A stretch of 64,000 nucleotides of DNA from Octopus sinensis (taxonomy: Eukaryota). A model generated the notes under the pieces. The model did not search any database. It saw nothing but the letters and a program-made list of their open reading frames with translations, and was not told the origin of the DNA. This document shows positions 26,997-40,136 of this stretch, one piece after another. The translations under genes were made by a program, and so were the position numbers. The stretch spans positions 208,444,001 through 208,508,000 of the forward strand of contig NC_042997.1 in NCBI RefSeq assembly GCF_006345805.1, read 5' to 3'. Numbering within the stretch: the first letter of the stretch is position 1; each line of letters starts with the position of its first letter.

Positions 26997-26998
<2 letters not shown>
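26841..26998. mobile_element. Small head-to-head insertion containing the 3' half of a hammerhead
   Basis: 34-bp inverted arms (26841-26874 / 26893-26926) around GGGAAA-CUC-A-GAG-UA-ACA. (TA)n on both outer sides. Confidence 0.65.
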
Positions 26999-27058
<60 letters not shown>

Positions 27059-27080
27059 CATATGTATATATATTATATAT

Positions 27081-27156
<76 letters not shown>

Positions 27157-27203
27157 GTATATATGTATATTTATATGTATATATATATATGTATATATAT
27201 ATG

Positions 27204-27266
<63 letters not shown>

Positions 27267-27282
27267 ATATGTATGTGTTGTG

Positions 27283-27345
<63 letters not shown>

Positions 27346-27581
27346 TGACAGAGAGAATGTAGTATATAAGATCCAGATATCTACTCCATTCAGTAAGCAT
27401 TTTATCCTTTTGGGACACCCGCAACACTGGTCGCCTACCGTGAAATATAAAATACGAGAAAAATCGGCGATCTTCTGTTTCAATAAACATCTTTTGACCC
27501 TGAAATTTGCTTTTTTTATACTTACTACTGATTGTTTGACCTAACTTTCTTCCTATGCCACGATAACTGGATCTTACATTA

Positions 27582-27625
<44 letters not shown>

Positions 27626-27958
27626 AAGCAAAATGCAAAGGAGGACAATAAAACATTCTGACAGATAGACGATACAAAGGCGGAAAGGAGAAACAGCAAT
27701 CAGAAGGACAGGGGGGAAAAGACGGGGCATCCGTGGCCTTCTTCCTCAGTCAAGTTACCAGATGTCCTTACTGTTTCGGGCAGTTACACTTGAGACAGTT
27801 CGATCTGGTAAAGAAATATATATGTATATATAAATATAAAAATGGAACAAAAATGCAACAGAGGACAATAAAACATTCGAACAGACAGACGATGAAAAGA
27901 CGGACAGGAGAAATGACAATTAAACAAAACACGCAAAAAAAGACGGGTTATTCTTGAC

Positions 27959-27989
<31 letters not shown>

Positions 27990-28105
27990 ATTAAGGCAGC
28001 CATCGTTTTTCAATTTTACCAAAGGAAATTACAACTAACGACACAAAATATATTCTTAGGATCGGGAGACAAATTACCTGATCACTAAGCCAAGCGCCTT
28101 CACAC

Positions 28106-28157
<52 letters not shown>

Positions 28158-28565
28158 CTCATCCCTCTCTCTCTCCTCTCTCTCTCTCTCTCCAATTATC
28201 CATCATAGAACTTCAATTCACCCACGCACACTCACACTCTATCTACCTCTCTTTCTATTTAGTTTCTCTTCTTTCCTTTTACTGCTTAATACCCGCCCAC
28301 GCTACCATTCTGTTATTGAACGTTGATATGTTCGCAACTTTTTTCTCTGGATGTCTACCATATTAGAATTTTAACCCACAAGGATCTACGCAGGGTTGTA
28401 CCTCAGGACTTACGCTCTTGTTTCTACAACTTCCGAAAGTTGAACTATGAATTATATACTTCTTTTTTCTTCTTTCTTTCCGTCTCCTTATTCTTTAATT
28501 CTCTGCCTCTCTGTCGTCATCTCATTAATACATACCATTCTCACTTTTCGTATTTTTCCCTATTT

Positions 28566-28621
28566 GTCTCTGACGACGGAATATCCCATACTCGGGGATA
28601 TCCCAGAAACAGCTGTAAGAC
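28566..28621 (+). ncRNA. Type I hammerhead ribozyme motif with palindromic stem III
   Basis: GUCU-CUGACGA-[stem II CGGAAUAUCCC/GGGAUAUCCCA, about 9 bp]-GAAA-CAGCUG-UA|AGAC. Predicted cut after 28617. Confidence 0.75.
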
Positions 28622-29007
28622 TTTGAATTTCTTCCTGTAATAATATTGTATACGACTTGAGATGTTTGCCTTGCCTTAATGTTTGACATCCTGTTTAACA
28701 ATTATACACCTGCTGTTTCGGAACTCAGCAATGGCTCCATAACTGCCGTCTCGGCTATAACCATGGAGACCAAATAATCCGTTACAGCATTTACCTAGCC
28801 TACCTAATCGTTTAGATCAAGATTACCTGTGAACTACCCCCCCCCCCATACTTTGTGTATGTGTATATATATTATATGTGTGTGTGTGTATATATATATT
28901 ATATGTGTGTGTGTGTGCGTGTGTATGTATGTATGTATATGTTAATGCAAATGGCTTACTTGTTCGCTTTTTAAAGGGTGATCTAAGATAAAGATATTTT
29001 CTTCGTA

Positions 29008-29041
<34 letters not shown>

Positions 29042-29379
29042 GATATATTACTGGCAGTCTATCTTTTCATTTCGAGTAATCAACCCTGATGAAGGGTCTT
29101 TTCTCTGTATTTACTTGTCCTGTTTTCCATTTTTCTCGTTGTTTACGTATTTCATGTTATTTGCACCGTCGGTGACGTCCTGTATCTATATATGCATATA
29201 TATATAATATATATATATATCATATTGTATTATTTGTTACACACACACACACGCATGCACACATATATATGGCGATGTGGCTGTTGTTGTTGTCGTCTAT
29301 GCTGGTGTTGCTATTGTTGTTGTTGTTGTCAATGTTGGTAACTGTGGAGATGGTGGTGGCATTGCTGGTTCTGTTCCTC

Positions 29380-29620
29380 TATCTACGGCTGCTGCTACTG
29401 GTTCTACCGGTCGTATTGCCAGGGTTTGCTAGTACTTCAGCTTCGTAGAAGGCCCCTTTGGTTTTGCAGTGGCCTCCCATGTTGCACCTTTTGCGGTCCT
29501 TGCAGGAACATCCTTCCTCGTCCCGTGGCCCAGGGCCGCTAACTAGAATGCTCTTAATATTGGCCGACATGTAAAAGAGGCTCTAACTTTGAGCCTGTTA
29601 AAAATGTAACCGTACCTATG
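29380..29620 (-). mobile_element. Penelope-like element linker fragment
   Basis: KVRASF / MSANIKSIL...CSCKDRKRCNMGGHCKTKGAFYEAEV matches the Cys-rich linker preceding the GIY-YIG domain. Confidence 0.6.
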
Positions 29621-29924
29621 GGAGCTAGTGAAATGCTTATCTATTAATTTAAGGAATATTCTACCTACGGGGGTTTTTTGTGTTAAGAGAGAAGGTGGGG
29701 AGGCAAACCAAATGGTACTTCTGCGGTACTTCCTTCATCAAAATTTAAATTAAGAAATATTACAACTAAAATAGGAACTTGCAAAGCACAAAATACAATA
29801 TGACCTCTGCTCCGCTGGCCACAACATTTGTCTTTCTAGTAAATAAATAATAAAATAGATTTACATTCATTTTTAAGTAAATACTTTTTATTTTAAATAT
29901 TTACAAAATAACGAAGCTAAAATG

Positions 29925-29972
29925 AATCTTCAATATTTTATGACTTCTATCTATCTTGTTTTTCTCTTACAG
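29925..29972 (+). promoter_or_regulatory. 3' splice acceptor of a probable 5'-UTR intron (paralogue 1)
   Basis: Polypyrimidine tract TCTTGTTTTTCTCTTACAG ending 10 nt before the ATG. Equivalent site with conserved upstream GAATCTTCA at 63134-63176. Confidence 0.65.
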
Positions 29973-29982
29973 AAAACGAAAT

Positions 29983-32192
29983 ATGGCTGCCATGCTGATT
30001 ACGATAACAACAAGCAGTTCGCTTTTCCTTGTGATTACTTTTATTGTCGTTCTAATATCACTAAACATAGAAGCGAAGGAACTTGGAAATAACTGTGAAA
30101 TTAAGATTTCTCCCAATATCCATAAGATTTTATCTCGTTTAGTAAGATTAGACAAACAGGTTTTCAATTTCGATGTCCAGTTATCCGATAAAAAACTTGA
30201 TGACCTTCTGAAACCCGTACGAATGGATTATTTCGCGAACGCGAGACAATTTACCTGGATTCCAGATGAACCAGATGGTTTGACGGCGTATAAGAATTTC
30301 TATTATGATTTTTCAATTTACTCTTTGAATTTATTAGGAGCTTACATTGCTACTCCGAGGGTTGATATCGATATAAATTGTGGGAAACAAAATATTCAGA
30401 GATATGATTTACTATATTTGATTTTTCAGGAATTGAAGAAAATCGCAGTGATCGATACATTGAAAATAGGAGAATCTGGTTACATGTGTTTTCTAATAAA
30501 TTTATCTCAGGACATGAAGAAGAACAGCCCTGAGTCATTAAAAGCTAACAGAAGATTGGGTATAAATCGAGAGTTGGTGAAGAACTATTGCTGTAAACTC
30601 TAAAAAATGAAAGCTATGTTTATCACTCAAAATCGATTTGTTCTGGAAATATCATGGAAAATAGTATGTTTCTCAATTATGCAAATATCGTCGGAGCAAT
30701 TGTGTGGATATTTTTCCCGTTAATCGTTAGTCTTCTTTCACAAGCTAAATTGCCTTCATTTCCGCATCAAGACACATTGCCATACAAATCAGAATGGATC
30801 AACAAAAACCATAATACTTACAGTTTCTCTCATTTTCTGTCTTGGTCATTTTGTTTCTATAATTCCTCTTTCTTTGCCTCAAGACTGAGAAGATTCCTTT
30901 CTATTCTATTTTCTCTTTCAGTAATTTTCCTGAATCTTTTGATGCATTACTTCTTTTTATATGAAACAATAGCAATATTTTTCCAAAATGATATACCATT
31001 GGGACATCGCGCCCTAATATTAGGAATCCCAGAAAGTTATGAGAATACTGATGGCTTTTTTGGTGGTCCCTTTGCATGGTTAATCTGTTACGTATCTTTC
31101 AACTTTATCCTCTTCGTTCTTCCCAGTCGTTTAAGTGAGACTATCGCTTATAATACATTACATCAAAGATCCACTTTCACGTTTCTCATTCAAAATATCA
31201 GATTATTAGAGAAGTATGGCAGTTTAAATATTTCTACACAACAGGATTATGATCTACTCTATGCAATAACGAAAGCTAATATTTCTACTGCTTTAAACCC
31301 AAATTTCTGGTATTTAATAATTTACACTTGGATTAATCGTATCAAGAAAATTTGGTTATATTACTACAGGATAAATATTTTCTGGAAATTCATTACACTT
31401 TGGCTCTTTGTTTCCATTACAATTTTATTTGCTGTATTTTCTGTCTGTGAATTATTTCTGTGCCTCGTTTATTATGGAATACCAATTGTTTATTTGATTT
31501 CAACTTTACCTTTCAGCTATTCCAAAGTTTATATTTTCCCACTCTATAGGAATAATAATCATATTTTCGAGATTGCTGCTGTACTTTTTACTATTCTATC
31601 GTTTCCATTTTATATATTATGGGCTCTTTACTCAATCTATATATTTCTTACAAGTTTCCAAATTCTTTGCAATTACATATTTACGATAGCTGTTACGGTT
31701 CTTGCTAAACCTGATAATGTCGGAGACGTATGGTTTGTTGCCATGTTTTTCGTGTATACCGTTGCAATTGTGAAAGCCATTATCAAGCAGTATCAATCAG
31801 TTATAGTTCAGTCTATAAAACTCACCAAAACCGTTTGTCCAAGATTGGTTCAGGTAAAATATGGAGAGGAATTCATAAATGCCAATTTGTTTAAGACAAT
31901 TGTTAACCGTCATTTTCCATTGAGATACGAGATTGGTAAATCCATTGTAAAACTGTTTCTAATCGTATCTTTTTTCTTTGCTTGCAACAATATAATAAGT
32001 CGAGAAGACTTGGACTTATCAGCGTTCACAAGGTTTACTTTGATATTGATGACGTCTATGATACCTAAATTTTTGGCAATAATTAATTCTAAATTGAGTT
32101 TTTTTACATCCATGACACATACAATTATCGAAACAATAAGTACATTTGAAGATGGCAATGCATCACATTCCAGTTTATCAATTTCTTATTAA
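29983..32192 (+). CDS. Orphan multi-pass membrane protein, about 736 aa if a 1-bp deletion near 30602 is corrected (signal peptide, Cys-containing ~200-aa ectodomain, about 8-11 TM segments); may be a pseudogene
   Basis: ORFs 29956-30603 and 30654-32192 join by restoring one T (CTC TA[T] AAA AAT GAA), as the paralogue reads CTC TAT AAA AAC GAA. Non-repetitive sequence with hydrophobic segments. AATAAA at the stop and near 32255. Confidence 0.8.
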
Positions 32193-32616
32193 ATAAAAAT
32201 GCTTTGAAATTTTCAGAAGGTATTTTCTGTTCTCTAAATACGTTGTATAATTCGAATAAAGGAAATCTGTATTGACGCATGTTGAAATTACAGAATCACG
32301 TACACTTACAATATCCCATTATATACATACATGCATACATACATACATACATAAACACAGACAGACAAGCAAACATGTAGGCAGACATGTACACACATAT
32401 ACATAAATGTAAATTAAATGTGTATGTGTGTATGTGTGTGTATGTGTGTGTATGTGTGTGTATGAGTGTGTATGAGTGTGTATGTGTGTGTATGAGTGTG
32501 TATGTGTGTGTGTCCGTGTAATTTGCGACGTTGCATGTGTGTGCAGATGTAACTCCTAAACACGCGCACGCACATGTATAGGAGTTAAATGTTTTTATAT
32601 GAGGTCGTATATTCGT

Positions 32617-33010
32617 TTCTACTCCTGGCACAAGGCCTGAAATTTTGTTGCAGAGGGCACGTCGACTAGATCGACCTCAGTTCGCAACTGGTACTTAATT
32701 TATCGACCCCGAAATGATGAAAGGTAAAGTCGACCTCGGCGGAGTTTGAACTCAGAACATCAAGACACACGAAATACCTCTTTCTTTACTACCCACAAGG
32801 GGCTAAACACAGAGGGGACAAACAAGGACAGACAAACGGATTAAGTCGATTATATCGACCTCAGTGCGTAACTGGTACTTATTTAATCGACCCCGAAAGG
32901 ATGAACGGCAAAGTCGACCTCGGCGGAATTTGAACTAAGAAAGTAGCAGCAGACAAAATACCGCAAGGCATTTCGCCCGGTGTGCTAACATTTCTGCCAG
33001 CTCGCCGCCT
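32617..33010 (-). mobile_element. Two abutting Meta-domain-like SINEs
   Basis: Central domain occurs twice (near 32700 and 32880). The same two-copy arrangement recurs at 48515-48912. Confidence 0.75.
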
Positions 33011-33204
33011 TTTCTGAAGCCGTATATTGAAAGAAAGACGATTGCAGTGTGAAGAGAATTTAGATATAGCAAAACACAAAAACTGTTAACTTCACTTAAA
33101 TCATAATTATTAACGACAGAAGCAGTATTAGTACCAAAAAACAATCTTTATGTCCAACTTAACGTGGATGATTTGTTAGAACGCCCAATACGGAGTTATT
33201 TACC

Positions 33205-34381
33205 TTGAGAGGACTTCTCATATCGACGCATGGGGCGCACATATTCACGTCGTTCGCAAAAGAGAATCGTCTGATACGTTCGGGTAGATGTAAAGATGGC
33301 CTTCTGGTACTAATAATACTTTTGTCGTTAATAATTATTCTTTCACAAGCCTATTGGCTATTTGCTGATTGGAGGAGGACACAGTATTAGAGCAGAAGAA
33401 AACAACAAAGCATGGTATGTAAAAATGCCACAGAACCGCTATTATTGGACGTAAGAAGGCTAGGCTTGTGTAGGATGGATGATTGCAAAGATAAAGCATT
33501 GTACAAGTACTTGAGAATGAATGAAACTGAAAATAGGTGGATAAAGAAAAGAATGAATGGAAAATTTCATAGGGATATTGAAGATAAGACAGAGAAAAAA
33601 GATGGCTATGGATGACTAAAAGTGATTTAAAACCGAGAACAGAGACTCTAATCTGTGCTGCCTAAGAGCAAGCATTAAGAACCAATTATATCAAATATAG
33701 AATAGACAACACATTAGAAAGTGATAAGTGCAGAGTTTGTAAATAAAATGGTGACACCGTATGGCGTATTACCAGTCAAAGTGCGCCAGTAACCCAGAAA
33801 GAATATAAGAGAATTCATGAAAATAGAGCAAAGATTGTCCATTGGACACTTTGCAACAGGTATAGACTCGACAAAGTAAAACAGTGGTACAAACGTAAAC
33901 CCGAAATCATCATCGAAAATGATAATGCAAAGATCCTGTGGGATTTTATGATTGAGTGCGACAATGAGATAGAGGATAGGAAACCAGACATAGTCTTAAT
34001 TGAGAAAGAAAGCAAACGATGCTGGATCATAGATATAGCGTGCCCAGCTGACAAGAAGTAATGTGATAAAAAAGAAAGAAAAGTCGATAGATGTAACAGG
34101 TTAGCTTGGGAGGTTAAGCTGTTGTGGTCGATGAAAAAGGCGGTAGTACTACCAATAATTGTTGGAGCCCTGGGAAAAGTGAGTAAAAATCTTGAGAAAT
34201 ATATGAAACAAATCGGGCTGCAATAAGGGCGGAGCACTTGTAGAAAACAGCACTGCTTGGAACCGATCGAATATTCCGGATGGTGCTAAAAAATAAGGGG
34301 TGTTACCTTGGTTCAGTGGTAGTGGACAGCTGACACCGTAGTACATCTCCAGCGTTAGAAGCTGTGCAAAGACAACAAAAT
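33205..34381 (+). mobile_element. Decayed 5'-truncated R4/Dong-like non-LTR retrotransposon (copy 1)
   Basis: EQALRTNYIK...CRVC...KILWDFMIECDNEIEDRKPDIV...IDIACP...IIVGALG (Zn knuckle and restriction-like endonuclease), followed by (TAA)n. Confidence 0.85.
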
Positions 34382-34382
34382 G

Positions 34383-34455
<73 letters not shown>

Positions 34456-35239
34456 CATAATAATAATAGGACAACTGAAAAAAAACAACTGTAGAAAACT
34501 GGAAGATCTACTGTTTTCTGTGAGTAATTTGAATTTCCCTCAAAATAAGTTAAAAAAAAAACTTACATATCTACAGCTCATACAAACGTACACCTAACAA
34601 GAAAAATTAGAAACATAAATATCTCCAATTCTGTGTGAACATTTAGTCGTCTCTCATGACTATAAGAATGTGTAAAATTGCCTTTTAAATTACCTTTTAT
34701 TGTAACAACACAATTAAATGCACGATAAAAAGTTATGGAATTAAGCACCTACTACTATATACATACAACTAAATTCAGAAATTTAAAAAATATATACATA
34801 ACATTGAACTCAGAAAGTTTTTTATTAAAAAAAATCATCGACGTAAATATCAGATAATATGTGTGAGTGAGTATACATATACATATACATATGTATGTGG
34901 AGAGAAAGAAAAGAGAAAGGAAAAAATAAAATAAAATAAATAAATGTAAACAGGTTTGACCTTTTACTGACCATTAACGTCCTTTGTCTCCACCATCTGC
35001 CGAATCTATTTATAGACCCAAAGAACATGAATTCTTTAACCAACCATTCTCCCACACAATGACAGTAGGAGTGTTGATAGTGGCTGTGGCTACACATAAA
35101 ACAATGTCATTGATGATGATGATGGTGATGGTGATGTTGCTGATTATGGTGATGGTGGTGAAGGTGATAGTAATAACAATAATAACTGACAGATCCCGTC
35201 TTTTTCCCTTTTTTTCTTTTCCTTCTCCGTATTTTATTC

Positions 35240-38200
35240 TCATTATTTCGAACTAATACAGGCAGAGTGAGCCTTGAAGAAAGGAAGAGGAGGAAAAAAA
35301 AGTGTTCGGAGATAAAACTATCAACAAAAAAAAATACAGACGAATATAGATCTGCTAGTCTTAAGAAGCGGCGCTATGAGCAATGCTTACATGTAGTGAA
35401 CCCTAAACTGACAGATCCATCTCCTAATATAAGAATGGAAGCTCGTCATGCTTCAAGGCCAACAAATCAAACAATAAACCGCATTGGTCATTGCGCGGAT
35501 TACAAAGGACCACGTACCCGAAAATTGAACCAAATTCTGATTGAAAAATCAGCTACTGGATCAAATCTTCCCAACACACAGGAGCTGGACGTATCCCACA
35601 ACCGGAATATTCCAACAGATGGCCATCCATGCTCATCACCAAATAATCAAAAGAAAAAGAAGGAAAAATGGTCTAGGGAAGATAATAAAGAAGTTCTTGG
35701 GGCCTTCTACCATGCCATATATTTCCCCACAGATAAATCTAACACTGTACAAGCATACTTAAACTGGAGACAGAAACACCCTAAAGTAAGACCCTACATA
35801 GTCAGTAACAAACTTGCCAACGTCAGAAGAAATATTATTAAAAAAAATTACTGACTGAAGTAGAGATTGATCAAGTTAGACAAGCAATATCGGATAAAAT
35901 GAACGAAGCTGCAGCTAGAGAAGATAATACAGAGGAAATAATTATAGACCAGCCCAGGTCTGATACAAACGAAGTGAGGATTGAAAGAGTTAGTATAAGT
36001 GATAGGCAAAGTGAAATACTCCCTGAACCAATCATAAACACTATGACAAATGAGCATCAAATAGATAAAGAAAGTCACACAAATATTGACCCAACAGAAC
36101 TACATGAGCTAAAAAATCAAATCATGATTGAATGGCTGAAAATTAAAGAAACCAGCATGGATGAACGTGATACACTTCCTAAAATCCGCAACTCTAACCA
36201 AAACATGAAAATAATTGGTAAAATCCGGCTTACACTTAAGGATATAATTTCAGCTAATGATGTTGATATCACATCTCAACCACCTATACTATGCATCCGC
36301 GAAAATCTCAACGATCTTATGTGGTTTGAAGATTAGAAAACGGCAACATTCCCACAAAAACCTTCTTGGCAAGAGCGTCTGCAACAACAAATTAAAATAT
36401 TTAGATCTGACATTGAATATTTGAAAAACCTTAAGGCTCACAAGACTACCAAACCTACAAAAACCCAAAGATTACTGAAAAAATACAATATGAAAACTAT
36501 ACTTGATATTGATGCCACCATAGAAACCATCAAACAAAGGGTATCTGCCAAAGCTGCCCGCATAGCGAGGTATGAAAAGCGTGTTAGATTTTTCAAGGAC
36601 AACAACATGTTCAAAAATAACACCAAGAATTTTTACAGGAAGATAGGAAAAACAGCGTTTACTGCAAGGTCTGTACCATCAAAAGAAGAAGTGCAGGGAT
36701 TTTGGAATAAAATCTGGGCAGAAGAAAAGACACACAACGAAAAGGCCCCCTCGATTGACAGAATGTCTACAGAACTGGATTCCTTAGAAGAGCAAAAGTG
36801 GGAGGGTGTCAAGGTAGAAGATATAAGATCTGCTCTCAGGAGGTCAAGCAAATGGAAGTCTCCAGGAAAGGATAAAATTCCTAACTTCTGGCTGAATGCC
36901 TTCCCAGAGAGCCATGAACTGCTAACAGAACTGTACAATGATGTTTTGCAACACCCTAGTAGGATGCCTCCTTGGCTAGTTAATGGGTTAACATTCCTGC
37001 TTCCAAAAAGTGAAGAAACAAATGAACCAAAAAACTATAGACCCATAACCTGCTTAACAACTATGTACAAAACGCTAACATCTGTCCTGACGGAATATAC
37101 CTATAGTTTTTTAACAGACAGCAGCATATTCCCTAATGAACACAAAGGATGTAAACGTGGATCCTACGGCTGTAAAGACCAACTACTCATCAATAAGATG
37201 ATCTTAGAAGATTGTCACAAACGACACAAAAACTTATCAATAGCCTGGATAGACTATAAAAAGGCTTTTGATAGCTTACCACATAGCTGGATTAGGAAAT
37301 GCCTGGAAATGTATAAGATAGCACCTACTCTGCGAAACTTCTGACTGTAGTATGAGATCATGGAGAACCACACTAACTCTGAACAGTGACAATGAATCCC
37401 TAAATGCTGGTGATGTAAAAATTTCGTGTGGCATTTTCCAGGGTGACTCACTGTCACCACTCCTCTTTTGTTTATCCTTAATACCTCTCTCAAAGCTGCT
37501 CAATGATGCGCAGTATGGGTATAAAATGTTTGATAAAAATATAAATCATCTCATTTACATGGATGATTTGAAGCTTTTTGCAAAAAATGACCAACAACTC
37601 AAGGGCTTACTAGCGATAGTCAAACAATTCAGTGACGACATCAGAATGCAATTCGGCCTCGATAAATGTGCAAAAGCTACCTTTATCAAAGGAAAAATGA
37701 CAGAAACATCTAACGTTAACCTTGACCAGCAGAATGTCATAAAAGAACTAGACCCAAGGGAGAGCTACAAGTACCTAGGGGTAATTGAAGGGAACGGAAT
37801 AAGGCATTCAGAGATGAAGGAAAGGATCAGGAGAGAATGCTATCGAAGAGTGAGAGCAATACTCAAGACAGAGCTGAATGCAAGAAACAGGATCGAAGCG
37901 ATCAATGCATTAGCTATAAGAGTCGTGACTTACAGTTTCAATATTGTTAACTGGTCAATTACTGAAATATGTCAGCTCGACAGAAAAATAAGGAAACTGT
38001 TGACAATGCATAGAATGCACCACCCTAAGGCAGATACAGAACGACTCTATCTGCCAAGAAAAGAGGGAGGCCGTGGTCTTTTACAACTGGCAATAACAAT
38101 GAAGATTGCTACAATTGGCCTAGACACCTACCTGAAAAACTCTGAGGACTGGATGTTAAAACTTGTCTCAAAACATGAAAATAAGAAAGCTTCATACTCA

Positions 38201-39328
38201 GTCACAAAACAGGCAAAGGAATATCTAAGTGAATTCCGAATACAACCAATTTCGGAATTAGAGATAGACATACAAGAAACAAGCACAGAAAAAGCTAAGC
38301 GCATGAAAACCCGTGCCAAAACTGCGGCCTTAGATATTCTGAATAATAAATGGCAAGAAAAACCTTTCTATGGCAAATACTCAAAGAGAGCGAATAATGC
38401 AGATATTGACAAAGCCCTGACCCATCAATGGCTAATGGCCACTGGCTTAAAATCTGAAACAGAAGGGTTTATCATAGCAGCTCAAGATCAATGCCTACCA
38501 ACAAGAAACTACTAGGCCAACATATTAAAGAACGGCAGTAGCCCAACATGTCGTGTATGCCGACAACAAAATGAAACCATTGATCATGTTGTCTCCAAAT
38601 GCAGTCTTCTAGCGCCTACAGAGTACCTCAACAGGCATGATAGAGCTGCACAATATATTCACTGGGTAATTTGCAAAAACCTGGATTTGCCCCATGAAAA
38701 AAACTGGTGGGAACACAATCCACCTCCAGTTCTTGAAAATGACCACATCTCACTCCTCTGGAACTTCACCATTCAAACTGACAGGAAGATAGATGCAAAT
38801 AGGCCAGACATCATATTGAAAGACTTCAGACAAAGAACATGCCTCCTCATTGATATGACTGTCCCAATCGATATAAACGTATCTGTCAAGACCTACCAAA
38901 AACTGAGCAAATATAAAGATCTTGAAATAGAAATCAGCAAAATGTGGAAGCTAAAGACTAAAACAATACCTGTTGTCATAGGTGCCCTGGGAATGATAGC
39001 GAAAGGGACTAATTGCTACCTAACTCAGATACCAGGAAACCCCAAAATGGCAGAAATTCAAAAGATAGTGCTCATGGGAACTGCTCATATCCTACGCAAA
39101 ATACTCTCTATGTAATCCCAAGGTTTAAAACAAACTTTTATTTATTTATTTATTTTATTTTATTTTATTTTATTTTTTTATTTTTTATTTTATTTTTATG
39201 TATTAGACATTCACTAGTGCAACACCAAAAAAAAAACCCCAAATATATGGCACAGAACTTCCAACCTTGAGGTCTCTGGGTGAGACTTGGAGCCAACTTG
39301 TACAGACATAAAGCAAAAGTCAAACATA

Positions 39329-39330
<2 letters not shown>
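35240..39330 (+). mobile_element. Near-full-length, disrupted R4/Dong-like non-LTR retrotransposon (copy 2)
   Basis: N-terminal KWSREDNKEV...LANVRRNI. RT motifs NYRPITCL, WIDYKKAFDS, GIFQGDSLSPLLF and YMDDLKL. CRVC...HD knuckle and RPDII/IDMTVP endonuclease. In-frame stops (37342, 38513) and frameshifts. 3' end CAAACATAGA(ATA)n. Confidence 0.95.
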
Positions 39331-39419
<89 letters not shown>

Positions 39420-39420
<1 letters not shown>

Positions 39421-39842
39421 GTGATGACTTGGCAGACACCCATAAAATTATCAACCATCGCACAAACAATAACTCTGAGCACCTTTTCGAACTCCACCAA
39501 TCTAACACCCGTGGACATATTTACAAAGTAAGAAAACAGCACAGCTCCCATGACTTCAGGAAACATTTTTTCACGCTGAGAGTTGCTGAAGCATGGAACA
39601 AACTGCCGGCATCGGTTGTTAGTTGTCGGAGCACTGCATCCTTCAAAACTTCCATGCTTCCTGAGATTCGCCAACACTACACTTGATTTTCTCCCCTCCA
39701 TACACACACAAGCATGTATCTGACTCATACATTGTTCGCTTTCCAGACATTTCTACATTACTGCATGTACTTTATATGCACTTTCTCACAAGTTGTGGTG
39801 CACCTGAGCACTGTATACAATAATTTCATTATTATTATTATT
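39420..39842 (+). mobile_element. 3' fragment of a CR1/L2-group LINE inserted in the (TAA)n tail
   Basis: NTRGHIYKV...RKHFFTLRVAEAWNKLPASVV...SFK is the canonical CR1 C-terminus. (ATT)n tail. Confidence 0.85.
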
Positions 39843-40136
39843 ATGATGATGATGACGATGATGATGATGATGATGATGATGGTGATGATGAGGATAATGA
39901 TGATGACGATGACGATGACGATGACGATAGTGGTGGTGGTGGTGGTGGTGGTGATGGTGATGATGATGATGATGATGATGAAAAGAAGAAGAAGAAGAGG
40001 GAGGAGGAGGAGGAGAAGAGGAGAAGAAGAAGAAGAAGAAGAAGAAGAAGAAGAAGAAGAAGAAGAAGAAGAAGAAGAAGAAGAATAGGCCAAACAGTGT
40101 ATGGAAAGACTTCAGTTAAAAATCGCGCCTCCTCTT

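Noticed and set aside
29080-29100. CCCTGATGAAGGG hammerhead-like start
   Set aside because: No downstream stem II closure, GAAA or stem I partner. At most a truncated relic.
29560-29920. Promoter or first exon of paralogue 1
   Set aside because: No convincing TATA, initiator or donor site, and part of the region is a Penelope-like remnant.
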